Made by a program: the position numbers and the translations under genes. Shown piece by piece: positions 1 through 8,985 of a DNA stretch of 64,000 nt (position 1 is the stretch's first letter; each line of letters begins with the position of its first letter). The DNA comes from a virus: positions 2,527-66,526 of the IMG/VR virus record IMGVR_UViG_3300020020_000029; one strand, written 5' to 3'. The notes under the pieces are model-generated. The model saw only the letters and a list, made by a program, of their open reading frames with translations. It was not told the origin of the DNA and searched no databases.

Positions 1-132
1 CCTATAGTAAAGCTTTGAAGAGATATATTGAGGAATTGAAGAAGAAAAATAGTATCAAGAGGGGGAAGTGAGGGAGTTAGATTTGTAGTCGGGGGGGTCT
101 AAGGGGGGGTGCCGGGGTCTACCTTTTTTCCA

Positions 133-745
133 AATGCTGCTTTCTGTTGTATATACAACTGTGATATAATTACATCTTGACATAAAAATAAATTCTCGCC
201 GAGTTGTATATACAACTCATGTCAAATCACAATTACGTGAAGTTGCAAATATGTCACGCGCAAGAGAATATTATCTTGTATGTACATTAGAATGCTGCGT
301 TCTCTTGTATATACAACTAAATGCTGCATTGTGTTGTATATACATCTAACATAAAGTAATCTCGCACCGCAACATACTTTCCATAACAGATATTATGCGA
401 TTATGTTGTGCTGCAACATCACAAAGATTTGATTTGACACGAGTTGTATATACGATTGCGTAACTACAGCTATGCGTCCAGCGCATGTCAAATCACAATA
501 ATTTGATTTGACATTGGTTGTATATACAAATGTGACATTTGAATCACACTTTGAGTTGATACCTCAACCAATTAATAACTAGTTAAACTCTTTGTAGAGA
601 GTTTAGTTCACACTTTGTCTAGCCCAAATTTGGCCCGTGGCGAGCGTTTATGGTTTAAGCTACCATGGTAGCTTGATAGTGATTCGAGTGTGTCAAGTGA
701 AATATATATCACATTATTGTGATTTGACATAGGTTGTATATACGA
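133..745. repeat. Array of the palindrome GTTGTATATACAAC, including three 28-bp direct repeats
   Basis: Perfect copies at 146-159 and 203-216; near-perfect copies at 304-317, 333-346, 443-455, 517-530 and 733-745. The unit AATGCTGC-N5-6-TTGTATATACAWCT occurs at 133-160, 291-318 and 320-347. Confidence 0.9.
572..586. promoter_or_regulatory. CtrA-type box TTAA-N7-TTAA
   Basis: TTAA taactag TTAA in the non-coding control region. Confidence 0.45.
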
Positions 746-983
746 GCTTCTGCGTTATGAGATTGCTGCGGAACACTGTTCAGTCACCATGACGCATGTC
801 CAAAAAAGTTCTGTCATAGTGTGTACACGAAGTGACATGCCTCAATCTAGCGTAGGTTGCAGAGCACCCCCCCTGCACGTCTCAGCTGAATGTGCGCGTG
901 TACGGAGAATGACGCATCGCGTCAGCACCCCTCCCAAAGTTGCGTCATGGCAAAAGAGCCCGTAGACTGGGCATTTCAAAGAA

Positions 984-1141
984 GAACAAAAGGAGTGCAT
1001 GTCAGATTATGACACTCAAGTATATATAATAGGGGAAAGGAATGTTAATAATATTAACATATAGAACAAATCAAGAATATCATCACATTTGGGTATTATA
1101 GGCCAAGTAGCGTCATAATCTGACATGGTACCCTTTTGTTC
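984..1141. repeat. 30-bp imperfect inverted repeat flanking an AT-rich core (candidate replication origin)
   Basis: GAACAAAAGG-agtg-CATGTCAGATTATGAC (984-1013) versus GTCATAATCTGACATG-gtac-CCTTTTGTTC (1112-1141); internal palindrome ATGTTAATAATATTAACAT at 1042-1060. Confidence 0.75.
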
Positions 1142-1237
1142 CACAATTGCACCGTACACATCCCATCCCCCACATCAATCCCTCATTTCTCTATTTGTAC
1201 ATACATTAATACACAATAACGCTATTGCTCTATCTTG

Positions 1238-1269
1238 TTAACCTAATCTTAATACCTGTTTGCTATTCT
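1238..1269 (+). promoter_or_regulatory. Early promoter with a CtrA-type box over the -35 region
   Basis: TTAA cctaatc TTAA, 11 nt, then TATTCT; followed by SD GAGGAG and ATG 1297. Confidence 0.6.
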
Positions 1270-1296
1270 ATCTATACAACAAGAGGAGATCGAAAA

Positions 1297-1518
1297 ATGC
1301 AACAGCTACACAAACTGATCGCATGGCGCCTGATCGGCCCTGATAAAATAATCAGGGATATCTGGACGGTCTCAGATTTCTCTAACATTTCCATTTGGGG
1401 CGATCCTGCACTAGCCAAATGGACGCTAACCGAAGCTATGGAGCATCTACAACAAGACTGCGGTGACGGCTATACAGCCGAATGCAGAATTATATCCTGG
1501 CCAGCTAACGCAATCTAA
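1297..1518 (+). CDS. Hypothetical early protein
   Basis: ORF with SD GAGGAG before ATG 1297. Confidence 0.7.
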   Translation: MQQLHKLIAWRLIGPDKIIRDIWTVSDFSNISIWGDPALAKWTLTEAMEHLQQDCGDGYTAECRIISWPANAI

Positions 1519-1532
1519 CCGGAGCAACTACA

Positions 1533-1814
1533 ATGGCACGCGCAAAAGGCATCAGCAAATCCACCGGCTATCTCGCCCGCGTCTTCACCGTCGAATACGA
1601 TCTCAACGGCGCAATCCAAGCTTATGGCCCTGACTTCCTGCATTGGCTAATCGATGAGATTAGCGCCGGCCGCGTTAACTGCAAACAAGACGTAGACCGT
1701 TGGTCCGCTCATTTAGCTTTGAACGCCTCTGGCAATTGGGAGAACTACAAAGCCGAACACAACATCTCCAATTACGAACCAGACGAGTTTGCAGACATAG
1801 AGGAAGCGGCATGA
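1533..1814 (+). CDS. Hypothetical early protein
   Basis: ORF with SD GGAG; acidic C-terminus. Confidence 0.75.
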   Translation: MARAKGISKSTGYLARVFTVEYDLNGAIQAYGPDFLHWLIDEISAGRVNCKQDVDRWSAHLALNASGNWENYKAEHNISNYEPDEFADIEEAA

Positions 1815-1867
1815 GTCTTGACTTTGGTAATGCGTTATCAACTCTCAACTCAACTAGGGAAACGAAA

Positions 1868-2254
1868 ATGGCACACCTTAAATCAGTCAAGACTATCCGT
1901 TGGTCCGATCCAACAAACTTAGTCAAGATCGGCCACAATACCTATGCGTGGCGCAACCATGAAGGCAACTACGCAGTCCAATATCATAGCACATGGGTTG
2001 TACAATTCAGACGCGCAATCGAGGACGATAGTTTTGATTATCTAATCGTCAATACCGGCGGATGGTTCAGCCAAACTACCGCAGAACGTATACACCATGC
2101 GTTAGACGGTTTTCGCCTATCAACTCGAGACCTGCCAGGGCGTTGGCGCGTTATGGATCATTTTGGCAACGCTTGGACTATCCGAGGTAATCAACTAATC
2201 TTGCGCCGCAGTGTGTCGTCAAAGGGCGCAGGCGAGTGGACACGCTACATCTAA
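1868..2254 (+). CDS. Hypothetical early protein
   Basis: SD AGGGA before ATG 1868; globular composition. Confidence 0.7.
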   Translation: MAHLKSVKTIRWSDPTNLVKIGHNTYAWRNHEGNYAVQYHSTWVVQFRRAIEDDSFDYLIVNTGGWFSQTTAERIHHALDGFRLSTRDLPGRWRVMDHFGNAWTIRGNQLILRRSVSSKGAGEWTRYI

Positions 2255-2299
2255 ACCAGTGACCTATACAACTCAACTCTAAACCAAGGGGAACACACC

Positions 2300-2437
2300 A
2301 TGTTTGTATATACGCGCAAAATCGCACAGTCTAGCCTATTCGCTTGGATTGGCCACAAGCATCGGGAGCACAGACGAGTAAATTTCACTGCGTTATATAT
2401 GCAACTCAGGGAGTACGACTTGACTGGCAACGCCTAG
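2300..2437 (+). CDS. Small hypothetical protein (45 aa)
   Basis: SD AAGGGG, ATG 2300, TAG 2435-2437; below the ORF-track cutoff. Confidence 0.4.
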   Translation: MFVYTRKIAQSSLFAWIGHKHREHRRVNFTALYMQLREYDLTGNA

Positions 2438-2778
2438 CCATTTGTCTTGCTCTTGTCATTCACCCACGTTATACTGAGAACGCGCAAGCTAACCACTTGT
2501 CGCGTTCTCTTGCTTTGGAGGCAGCCCTTGTCACTCACCAGCGCTCTATCATCCCACATCAACCACACAGCTCTGTGCGAAATCGCGCAAACTTTTGCAG
2601 GCTACAAGCTAGACCAGCTAACGGTAAAAGAGTTAGTTGTAGTTAAACATCTATTAAAGACTAATTTCATATACATCCATCAAGATGTCATATACAAGGT
2701 TTTGCACAGCTCTGCATAATACTTTCTTAATCTATTTGTGAGACGCTGCTAAAAGCATCTAACACAGGAGCTACAACT

Positions 2779-3015
2779 ATGACCGTGCGTTATAGGTTCA
2801 AGGGAACGTGGATGGGCCAGCAGAATACTAGTACATACCACTTGCTACCATCTATAATTGCTGTATATGCACTCTATCCAAATGTAAATAGGAAATATGC
2901 GTGGGTGGCAAACGATATAGAGTTTAAACGCTCACTCCACGGCGAGTCACGCTCTAAGAATTGGGCGCGACGTAGCGCAGCCGACGCGGCGCACAAGCTC
3001 CGGGCAATAAGATGA
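2779..3015 (+). CDS. Hypothetical protein
   Basis: SD AGGAG; preceded by ATAA-N7-TTAA at 2716-2730. Confidence 0.65.
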   Translation: MTVRYRFKGTWMGQQNTSTYHLLPSIIAVYALYPNVNRKYAWVANDIEFKRSLHGESRSKNWARRSAADAAHKLRAIR

Positions 3016-3329
3016 TACAAGTCATCTCTATCATGGGCCTAGTATTTCTTGTTTGGTATGCAGGGAATGCTCTGCGTCGAAACTACAGAGAGAATAAACC
3101 AATGACCGACATGGTGCATCCTATATACACTCTCTTGTTGCTCGGGACGCGAGATAAGATTGAGAGTGATTCATTAACTTACCTAATAGGTCTTGCGAAC
3201 AATAGCAGCCATTCTTGTCTTATATACAAGACGAGTACGCGCAGAGTCCTCTATAGGAATTTTGAACAACATTCAATTCCTATCGGTTATATAGACAACT
3301 CCGACACAGATCACAAAAATGTTACTTGA
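3012..3329 (+). CDS. Hypothetical membrane-anchored protein
   Basis: ATGA overlap with the previous gene; hydrophobic N-terminus. Confidence 0.5.
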   Translation: MIQVISIMGLVFLVWYAGNALRRNYRENKPMTDMVHPIYTLLLLGTRDKIESDSLTYLIGLANNSSHSCLIYKTSTRRVLYRNFEQHSIPIGYIDNSDTDHKNVT

Positions 3330-3383
3330 CAACCTATTTCCTTGACTGTGGCTTGTTTGCTACGTTATTATTTCTTATCTATT

Positions 3384-3415
3384 TTAATCCTTTCTTAATA
3401 CATTTAGTCTACTAT
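3384..3415 (+). promoter_or_regulatory. Promoter with CtrA-type box upstream of the AAA ATPase
   Basis: TTAA tcctttc TTAA, 11 nt, then TACTAT; same geometry as the 1238 site. Confidence 0.6.
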
Positions 3416-3455
3416 TTCCCTTGAGAGCAAGACTAAAACTTCAAGGGGAAGAACC

Positions 3456-4877
3456 ATGCGCGGCTCAGAATACGTGAGGCAGCCATATCTCACAGAGAAA
3501 AACTATACCCATATGCGGTATATGCTCAATCATCTGTGGGATATTACTCACAAAATGCCGGCAGAGCGATTTATCATCGATGAGAAGTTTAGGCGCGATC
3601 CTAGGGCGTTGGCCTTATACATCATAACTTATTATAATACGCCACAAGTGGACGAATCGCATCATCGCGCTATAAATGAGCTTCGCAACCGTGGGCGTGG
3701 CCGCCCGCGTGGCGCTCTCAATAAAGATCGCGTTACGCCTAGGGATAATCAAGCCGTTGTAGACAACAATGAAGACCCGTTTGGCGTTGATATGGAGAAT
3801 GAAGGGAAAGCAGAGTTAGAAGGCTTTGAGCCGGATAAGCCGAAAGCGCAGCCCAATAACGTAATCGATCTAAAGAACTACGTTACACATAGGCAATTAC
3901 AAGACTTCAACTATGCACAGGTGTCAACTGTTAAGCAGTTCATTGCAGACGCATCTATTAAGACGCACCAAACAATCAACGCCATCGAAGCACGGCTTAC
4001 TTCTGCACTCAATAAGATAGAACTATCTAAGCCTACCGTTGTCCATATCAAGCGTTACGATCAAGAGGCAATTGTTAACGTAGGTGTGCAGCATAGAAAC
4101 TTTGTTCAACTCATGCTCAAGTGTAATTCTCGCACACCAGATGGGAATAGACTAAACATTTGGCTCTATGGCCCTGCGGGAACGGGCAAGTCAACTGCGG
4201 CGTATTTCATCGCTCAAGCTCTAGGCCTCAACTTCTATACGCTTGGCGCACTAGAGAGCGGATTTCAAATCCTCGGATACAATGACGCCCATGGCGTGTA
4301 TCAAACTACACAGTTCCGTCTAGCCTTTGAAAATGGCGGAATTATTATGCTAGACGAGCAAGATAGTTATTCGCCTAGCGCCAGCCTTGCGCTTAACGCT
4401 GCACTAGCTAGTGGCTGGTGCGCCTTTGGCGATAGTAAGCTAATCAAGCGTCACAAAGACTGTATTGTAATCGCTGGCGCTAATACAACTGGCCTCGGCG
4501 GGACAATGGAGTACTCTGGCCGTGCCAAACAAGACGCAGCTTTCCTCAATAGGTTTGTAAAGCAGCACTGGCCCATAGACGACGCATTAGAAGAGCATCT
4601 TTGCCCAAACAAACCTTGGCTGGCAATTGTGCGTAATTGTCGCCATCGCGTTAAGGAAGTCCAACTCAAGAATGTAATGATTACCCCGCGTGCATCGCTT
4701 TATGGCTGCGCGTTGCTGCAGGCTGGCGTCGATTTAGATGAAGTAATCGAGGCTACAATCAAATCTGGCCTCACAGATGCACAATGGGGGCAAATTAAAC
4801 CTCCGCAGGCATTGCTTGATAACGCAAAGCGTGCTATGGAAGAGGCTCAATCGGAGGTTCAAGCCAATGCCGACTAA
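3456..4877 (+). CDS. MoxR/CbbQ/CobS-like AAA+ ATPase
   Basis: Walker A GPAGTGKS, Walker B IIMLDE, sensor AGANT, DAAFLNRF arginine finger. Confidence 0.85.
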   Translation: MRGSEYVRQPYLTEKNYTHMRYMLNHLWDITHKMPAERFIIDEKFRRDPRALALYIITYYNTPQVDESHHRAINELRNRGRGRPRGALNKDRVTPRDNQAVVDNNEDPFGVDMENEGKAELEGFEPDKPKAQPNNVIDLKNYVTHRQLQDFNYAQVSTVKQFIADASIKTHQTINAIEARLTSALNKIELSKPTVVHIKRYDQEAIVNVGVQHRNFVQLMLKCNSRTPDGNRLNIWLYGPAGTGKSTAAYFIAQALGLNFYTLGALESGFQILGYNDAHGVYQTTQFRLAFENGGIIMLDEQDSYSPSASLALNAALASGWCAFGDSKLIKRHKDCIVIAGANTTGLGGTMEYSGRAKQDAAFLNRFVKQHWPIDDALEEHLCPNKPWLAIVRNCRHRVKEVQLKNVMITPRASLYGCALLQAGVDLDEVIEATIKSGLTDAQWGQIKPPQALLDNAKRAMEEAQSEVQANAD

Positions 4878-5697
4878 TATCAAACACTTCGACAGCCCAG
4901 AAGCCTATGCGGATTGGCTTGAGACTATCCCAAGCCATCTTGTGTCGGATAGCGGGGAAGGTTTTTCTGGCACTCAACTATCAGTTGGTGTTCGTATTCT
5001 TCGTGAAGGCGATACATCTAGACTGGCCCAGGCCCAAGAAATAATGGATAAAGTCTTAACTGAAGGCTTGGTTACACAACATATGCAAGTACTTCAATCT
5101 AGCCTTGTGGGTTTTGTTCCTAATATCCCTGCCGCGTTAGCAGGGCATCCAGAAGCTATGTTCAATCGTGGATATATGGAGTCGCCGACAGTTAATTCTC
5201 CGTTAAATATATATGTAGAGACAACTGTTAGTGCTGGCGTATCACAACAAGAGTTAATTAATCGTGGTGTTTGTATTCTTGCGTTTGTGTTGGCGATGGA
5301 GCAAATCAGGCCAGTAGACTTGTTCATCGCGCTTCCACATTCGCACTCTAGACGCCCTGGCGTGTATTGCCCTGTTATCAAGATAGCGTCTAGGCCAATG
5401 GATTTAGGTCGCGCAGTATGGATGCTAACAGACCCGTGTTTTGCGCGTCGATTGTTTCATACTGCAATTAATCAGCTTAGTGGCGCTGGCGTGCGTTGTG
5501 GCGTCGGCCCGTGGTGTTGGGGCGATCCGCAATCCGCGAACTATGAAAAGAATTTCAGAGAACTATTGGAGATGCAACCTGATGATTTGCTGTTCAAAGG
5601 TGGCTATCTCTATGACGAACTAATGCGCACCAATCCAGTAGCGTGGGTTCAGAAAATGGTCAATGAACACCTACATACACAACAAGGAGACCACTAG
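4867..5697 (+). CDS. VWA-like partner of the AAA+ ATPase
   Basis: Overlaps the AAA gene end; degenerate MIDAS-like IYVETTVSAG; typical AAA/VWA pairing. Confidence 0.6.
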   Translation: MPTNIKHFDSPEAYADWLETIPSHLVSDSGEGFSGTQLSVGVRILREGDTSRLAQAQEIMDKVLTEGLVTQHMQVLQSSLVGFVPNIPAALAGHPEAMFNRGYMESPTVNSPLNIYVETTVSAGVSQQELINRGVCILAFVLAMEQIRPVDLFIALPHSHSRRPGVYCPVIKIASRPMDLGRAVWMLTDPCFARRLFHTAINQLSGAGVRCGVGPWCWGDPQSANYEKNFRELLEMQPDDLLFKGGYLYDELMRTNPVAWVQKMVNEHLHTQQGDH

Positions 5698-5928
5698 CGC
5701 AAGCTAGTAGGGGAATAGCGCTATGCACATAATACCATCTAAATACGTCTGTCGCGCCTCACCATGTAAACAGTGTAGGATTTTGCGTTGGCTGCTACTA
5801 ATAAGCATACTTTCTAACTTGTGTTTTGTAGCTGCTAAATTTATGTAACCTATACGACAAGAAAACACTTGACAACCGTTGTGTTATGTGAGAGTGTGCG
5901 TTAACCTATTTCCAAGGAGCTACAGCCT

Positions 5929-6138
5929 ATGGCTAAAGAAGTGTATATAGGAGACGGGCTCTACGCCTCCTATGATGGATTTCAAGTACAACTTATAGCG
6001 CCAAGAGAAGATGGCGACCATGTTGTATATATGGACGCTGTTGTTCTTAGTGAATTTTTAACTTTTTTAGAGCACACTTACGGTAAGAAGCTAGTGTGGA
6101 GTGACAAAGATGTGCCCGAGGAGGATACAGAAAGTTAA
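5929..6138 (+). CDS. Hypothetical phage protein
   Basis: SD AAGGAG; YIGDGLYASYDG motif. Confidence 0.7.
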   Translation: MAKEVYIGDGLYASYDGFQVQLIAPREDGDHVVYMDAVVLSEFLTFLEHTYGKKLVWSDKDVPEEDTES

Positions 6139-6149
6139 TGTCTTGTTAA
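6135..6149. promoter_or_regulatory. CtrA-type box
   Basis: TTAA tgtcttg TTAAC at a gene boundary. Confidence 0.45.
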
Positions 6150-6263
6150 CTTTCCTTGTCTTTATGCTTGCGAGCACAATCATCTCGCTTGCATATACGA
6201 ACAAGGTTCGCAAGGCTACACAACTAGAATCCGATAGAGCGTGCGTCTCTATCTTATCGAGGA

Positions 6264-6707
6264 ATGGAGGGGATTAAAGTGACAGTGTCGTCTAAGGAGC
6301 GCGACTGGCTTGACAACGATATTACATCGCAGGATGTAACTGAGATACGGATTGCCATTACTGCTATAGGGCAAGTTTTCTATCTATTAAAGATAGATAC
6401 AAAACTTGGAGTGATTGCTTTATCTAACCTAATCTTGGCTGTTATATACAATAGGAACAGAACAAAATCTAAGGAAGAGTATGACCAAGAATTTAAGAAA
6501 TACGCAGATTGGTTAATTGATGTGTCAAATGTAATGTATAATCACAACAAGCAGAGAGATTCGAGTGACCCTATGAAAAATTTTATCTCTAAACTAGAGA
6601 ACATATTAGGCGTTAAAGCCGTAGTGTTGCCTATAGACGGAGTAATGGAATTTCCAGACATGCTTGCAGGGAAAAAGACAGACGAGCCTGGGCCAACAAA
6701 ACACTAG
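6264..6707 (+). CDS. Hypothetical protein
   Basis: ORF in the early operon. Confidence 0.65.
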   Translation: MEGIKVTVSSKERDWLDNDITSQDVTEIRIAITAIGQVFYLLKIDTKLGVIALSNLILAVIYNRNRTKSKEEYDQEFKKYADWLIDVSNVMYNHNKQRDSSDPMKNFISKLENILGVKAVVLPIDGVMEFPDMLAGKKTDEPGPTKH

Positions 6708-6717
6708 GGGAAGTACT

Positions 6718-7101
6718 ATGGACGAATTTGCAGATGATATGCTTGACGCGATGGGTCTAACTCCCAACTCGCCAGAAGAAGACTTTATGGATTATCTTAC
6801 TTCTGATAAGCATCCTAAGTTGTATAACTTACAGTATTGGTTTAAACATCAACTATTTGTATATACCTCTCTAGAGGCAGAGAACAATTGGTTTATGACT
6901 AAATCGCATGGTAATTCGCGTATACAAGTCTCCCGCAGGGAGTTATCTTGTAAGTTAATTAAATACTACTTGCAGATGCACTATTTAGTAAAGTTCAATA
7001 ACGAGCGCGGCAAAGTATTAGATTTGAATAAAGTTGTAGAGTTAATCTCTGTTCACCAAGAAATCAAAAAGTTTATAGACAACCCGAACTTAACTATGTG
7101 A
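6718..7101 (+). CDS. Hypothetical protein
   Basis: SD AGGGG before ATG 6718. Confidence 0.65.
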   Translation: MDEFADDMLDAMGLTPNSPEEDFMDYLTSDKHPKLYNLQYWFKHQLFVYTSLEAENNWFMTKSHGNSRIQVSRRELSCKLIKYYLQMHYLVKFNNERGKVLDLNKVVELISVHQEIKKFIDNPNLTM

Positions 7102-7111
7102 GGTATAGACA

Positions 7112-7348
7112 ATGATAGAATTAGAGTTAGACTATCCTCCCAGCTATCAAGATGGGTTTCTTGATGTTACTGGCGCTAAGGACATAGAAATAACAGTATG
7201 CGACGGCCCTAACAGTCAAGCTGTTATGCACATAACTGTCGGACGCGAAACCTACATAGCTGCTAGTATGCGAATTTGTCGCATTTCAGGACAAATAAAT
7301 TTCACAGACACTAGGAAGTCTATTGACCGCCGACGCAAATCAATGTAG
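7112..7348 (+). CDS. Hypothetical protein
   Basis: SD GAGGT. Confidence 0.65.
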   Translation: MIELELDYPPSYQDGFLDVTGAKDIEITVCDGPNSQAVMHITVGRETYIAASMRICRISGQINFTDTRKSIDRRRKSM

Positions 7349-7403
7349 GGTGGCTCTACTGAGAAAGAGAGAACGTCAACCCAACATTGAAGGAACTAAG
7401 AAC

Positions 7404-8015
7404 ATGGCAGTCGCAGAAAAGACGCGCAACGAAGGGCCGATGGTGGTCACTTACGTTAGCGCCGATGGCAAGGACGATCACAAGCGCGTTCCTGCTGACG
7501 TTACTGGCGTTAAGGTACTCCAGCGTAGCGACAATACTGCCAAGGTGTACAACCTTGCAGATTTGCCCGAGGCTATCAAGATGGGCCTCGCAGCAAAGGC
7601 ACTCGCTGGCCAACAGAAGATTTTTGTTGCCAATCACGCCGATGGCGACAACGTGATTTCTCTTGCCGACAAGATTTATAGTGATTTCGTGTCCGGCAAG
7701 CTGTACACTAGGGCCGAAGGTGGCGAAAAGCCCGGTAAGAAGTTCGATGCAACGATCTATGTCCATGCTGCTGTGGCTGCATTCGCGGCTATGGCGAAGA
7801 AGAAAATGACATACAAGTCGGGTAAGGCCATCGAGCCGATGGACGAAGCAAAGACGGAGGAGCTTACTGTTAAGCTCACTTCGATGAGCCCCAAGGATCG
7901 CGGCCTCTACATCAAGACCCTCAAGAAAAACAAGTTTTTCGACAAGGCGCTGATGGAACTACAGGCGAAGGCTAAGAAAGTTGACGCAGACGAGGAGATT
8001 GAGGAGCTGTTCTGA
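7404..8015 (+). CDS. Lys/Ala-rich hypothetical protein, probably highly expressed
   Basis: SD AAGGA; G/C-ending codons (AAG, ATC, GCC); acidic tail DEEIEELF; followed by a terminator. Confidence 0.8.
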   Translation: MAVAEKTRNEGPMVVTYVSADGKDDHKRVPADVTGVKVLQRSDNTAKVYNLADLPEAIKMGLAAKALAGQQKIFVANHADGDNVISLADKIYSDFVSGKLYTRAEGGEKPGKKFDATIYVHAAVAAFAAMAKKKMTYKSGKAIEPMDEAKTEELTVKLTSMSPKDRGLYIKTLKKNKFFDKALMELQAKAKKVDADEEIEELF

Positions 8016-8049
8016 TAACTAGTGCATCAGTAAACAGTTCTTTGGTGGA

Positions 8050-8088
8050 GCGCCCTAGCATCAACGTCCCCGTTGCTAGGGCGTTTTC
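8050..8088 (+). terminator. Intrinsic terminator
   Basis: CGCCCTAGCA...TGCTAGGGCG stem followed by TTTT. Confidence 0.8.
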
Positions 8089-8123
8089 CTATTTAATAGG
8101 GGCACAAGAAGGAAGAAAATAAC

Positions 8124-8384
8124 GTGAAGATCGAGCTAGACGCGCATATACGACAATGCGATCATTGCTCAGTTAAAAATTTAAAAAGAACTTTTCATAT
8201 ACAGCTAGAAGATGATGACGGTAGAGAATTAGACTTGTATATAGGACGAGTATGCATTGGAAGAATGCTTGCAGTGGATACATCTGGCAACCCTCACAAG
8301 GCTCTAGAGAGACTTATTCGCAAAGTTAATAAAGTTGGCGAGGAAAATGCTATAGACTTTATACAGTCTGAGATGAAAATATAA
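8124..8384 (+). CDS. Small Zn-binding hypothetical protein
   Basis: CDHC ... IGRVC motif. Confidence 0.65.
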   Translation: MKIELDAHIRQCDHCSVKNLKRTFHIQLEDDDGRELDLYIGRVCIGRMLAVDTSGNPHKALERLIRKVNKVGEENAIDFIQSEMKI

Positions 8385-8427
8385 TATAATATAATATAAT
8401 ATATTAACTCTTATGTTGTACTTACAC

Positions 8428-8456
8428 TTGACAAACTGATACTCACAGTATAGGAC
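8428..8456 (+). promoter_or_regulatory. Sigma70-type promoter for the Cro-like/pse operon
   Basis: TTGACA-N17-TAGGAC, ending 8 nt before ATG 8465. Confidence 0.6.
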
Positions 8457-8464
8457 AAGCGTAG

Positions 8465-8743
8465 ATGACAGCCCAAACCGTCCGTTCTCCGGGGCTCACC
8501 CTGCAAGAGTGGCTAGACCTCACACAGACCTCCTACAGCGCGTTCTCTCGGCAAGTGCCGTGCTCTATATCGTACCCTCGCAAGCTCGCCACAGGGGCCT
8601 CCTGGCCCTCCTACCGCATGGCGTGCCGGATAGAACGCCTGACCGACGGTGTAGTTCCCCGAACTATGTGGTATCCCCCCGAAGACGAGCGAGACGAAGA
8701 TGAAAATAGCGATAGCGACGAAACAGAGGATTTGAAACTATGA
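8465..8743 (+). CDS. Cro/YdaS-like HTH regulator
   Basis: TLQEWL...SYSAFSRQVPCSISY..KL.....PS...A.RIERLTDG.V pattern typical of Cro-like proteins. Confidence 0.75.
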   Translation: MTAQTVRSPGLTLQEWLDLTQTSYSAFSRQVPCSISYPRKLATGASWPSYRMACRIERLTDGVVPRTMWYPPEDERDEDENSDSDETEDLKL

Positions 8744-8985
8744 ACCTAACAAGAGTAGACCCTGAAATTCAAAAAGCGTTAGATCATTTTCTTAAATTAA
8801 TTCATGAAGATATTTATAAGATTCTAGGCGAAGGTTTTGCGATGCAAATACTATTTAATATAGGTATCCCAAAAGAAAGAGAACAAGAGTTAGGATTAAA
8901 GTTACAAGAAGCAAAAATGGTTGTACAACATATGTTAGATAATACACCAAAGTTTCAACCGCCGAACGTGGGCAGCATTAAATGA
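8740..8985 (+). CDS. Hypothetical protein
   Basis: ATGA-coupled ORF. Confidence 0.6.
   Translation: MNLTRVDPEIQKALDHFLKLIHEDIYKILGEGFAMQILFNIGIPKEREQELGLKLQEAKMVVQHMLDNTPKFQPPNVGSIK

Noticed and set aside
133-745. CRISPR array
   Set aside because: Repeats are irregularly spaced, partly adjacent and degenerate, with no constant-length spacers and no cas genes.
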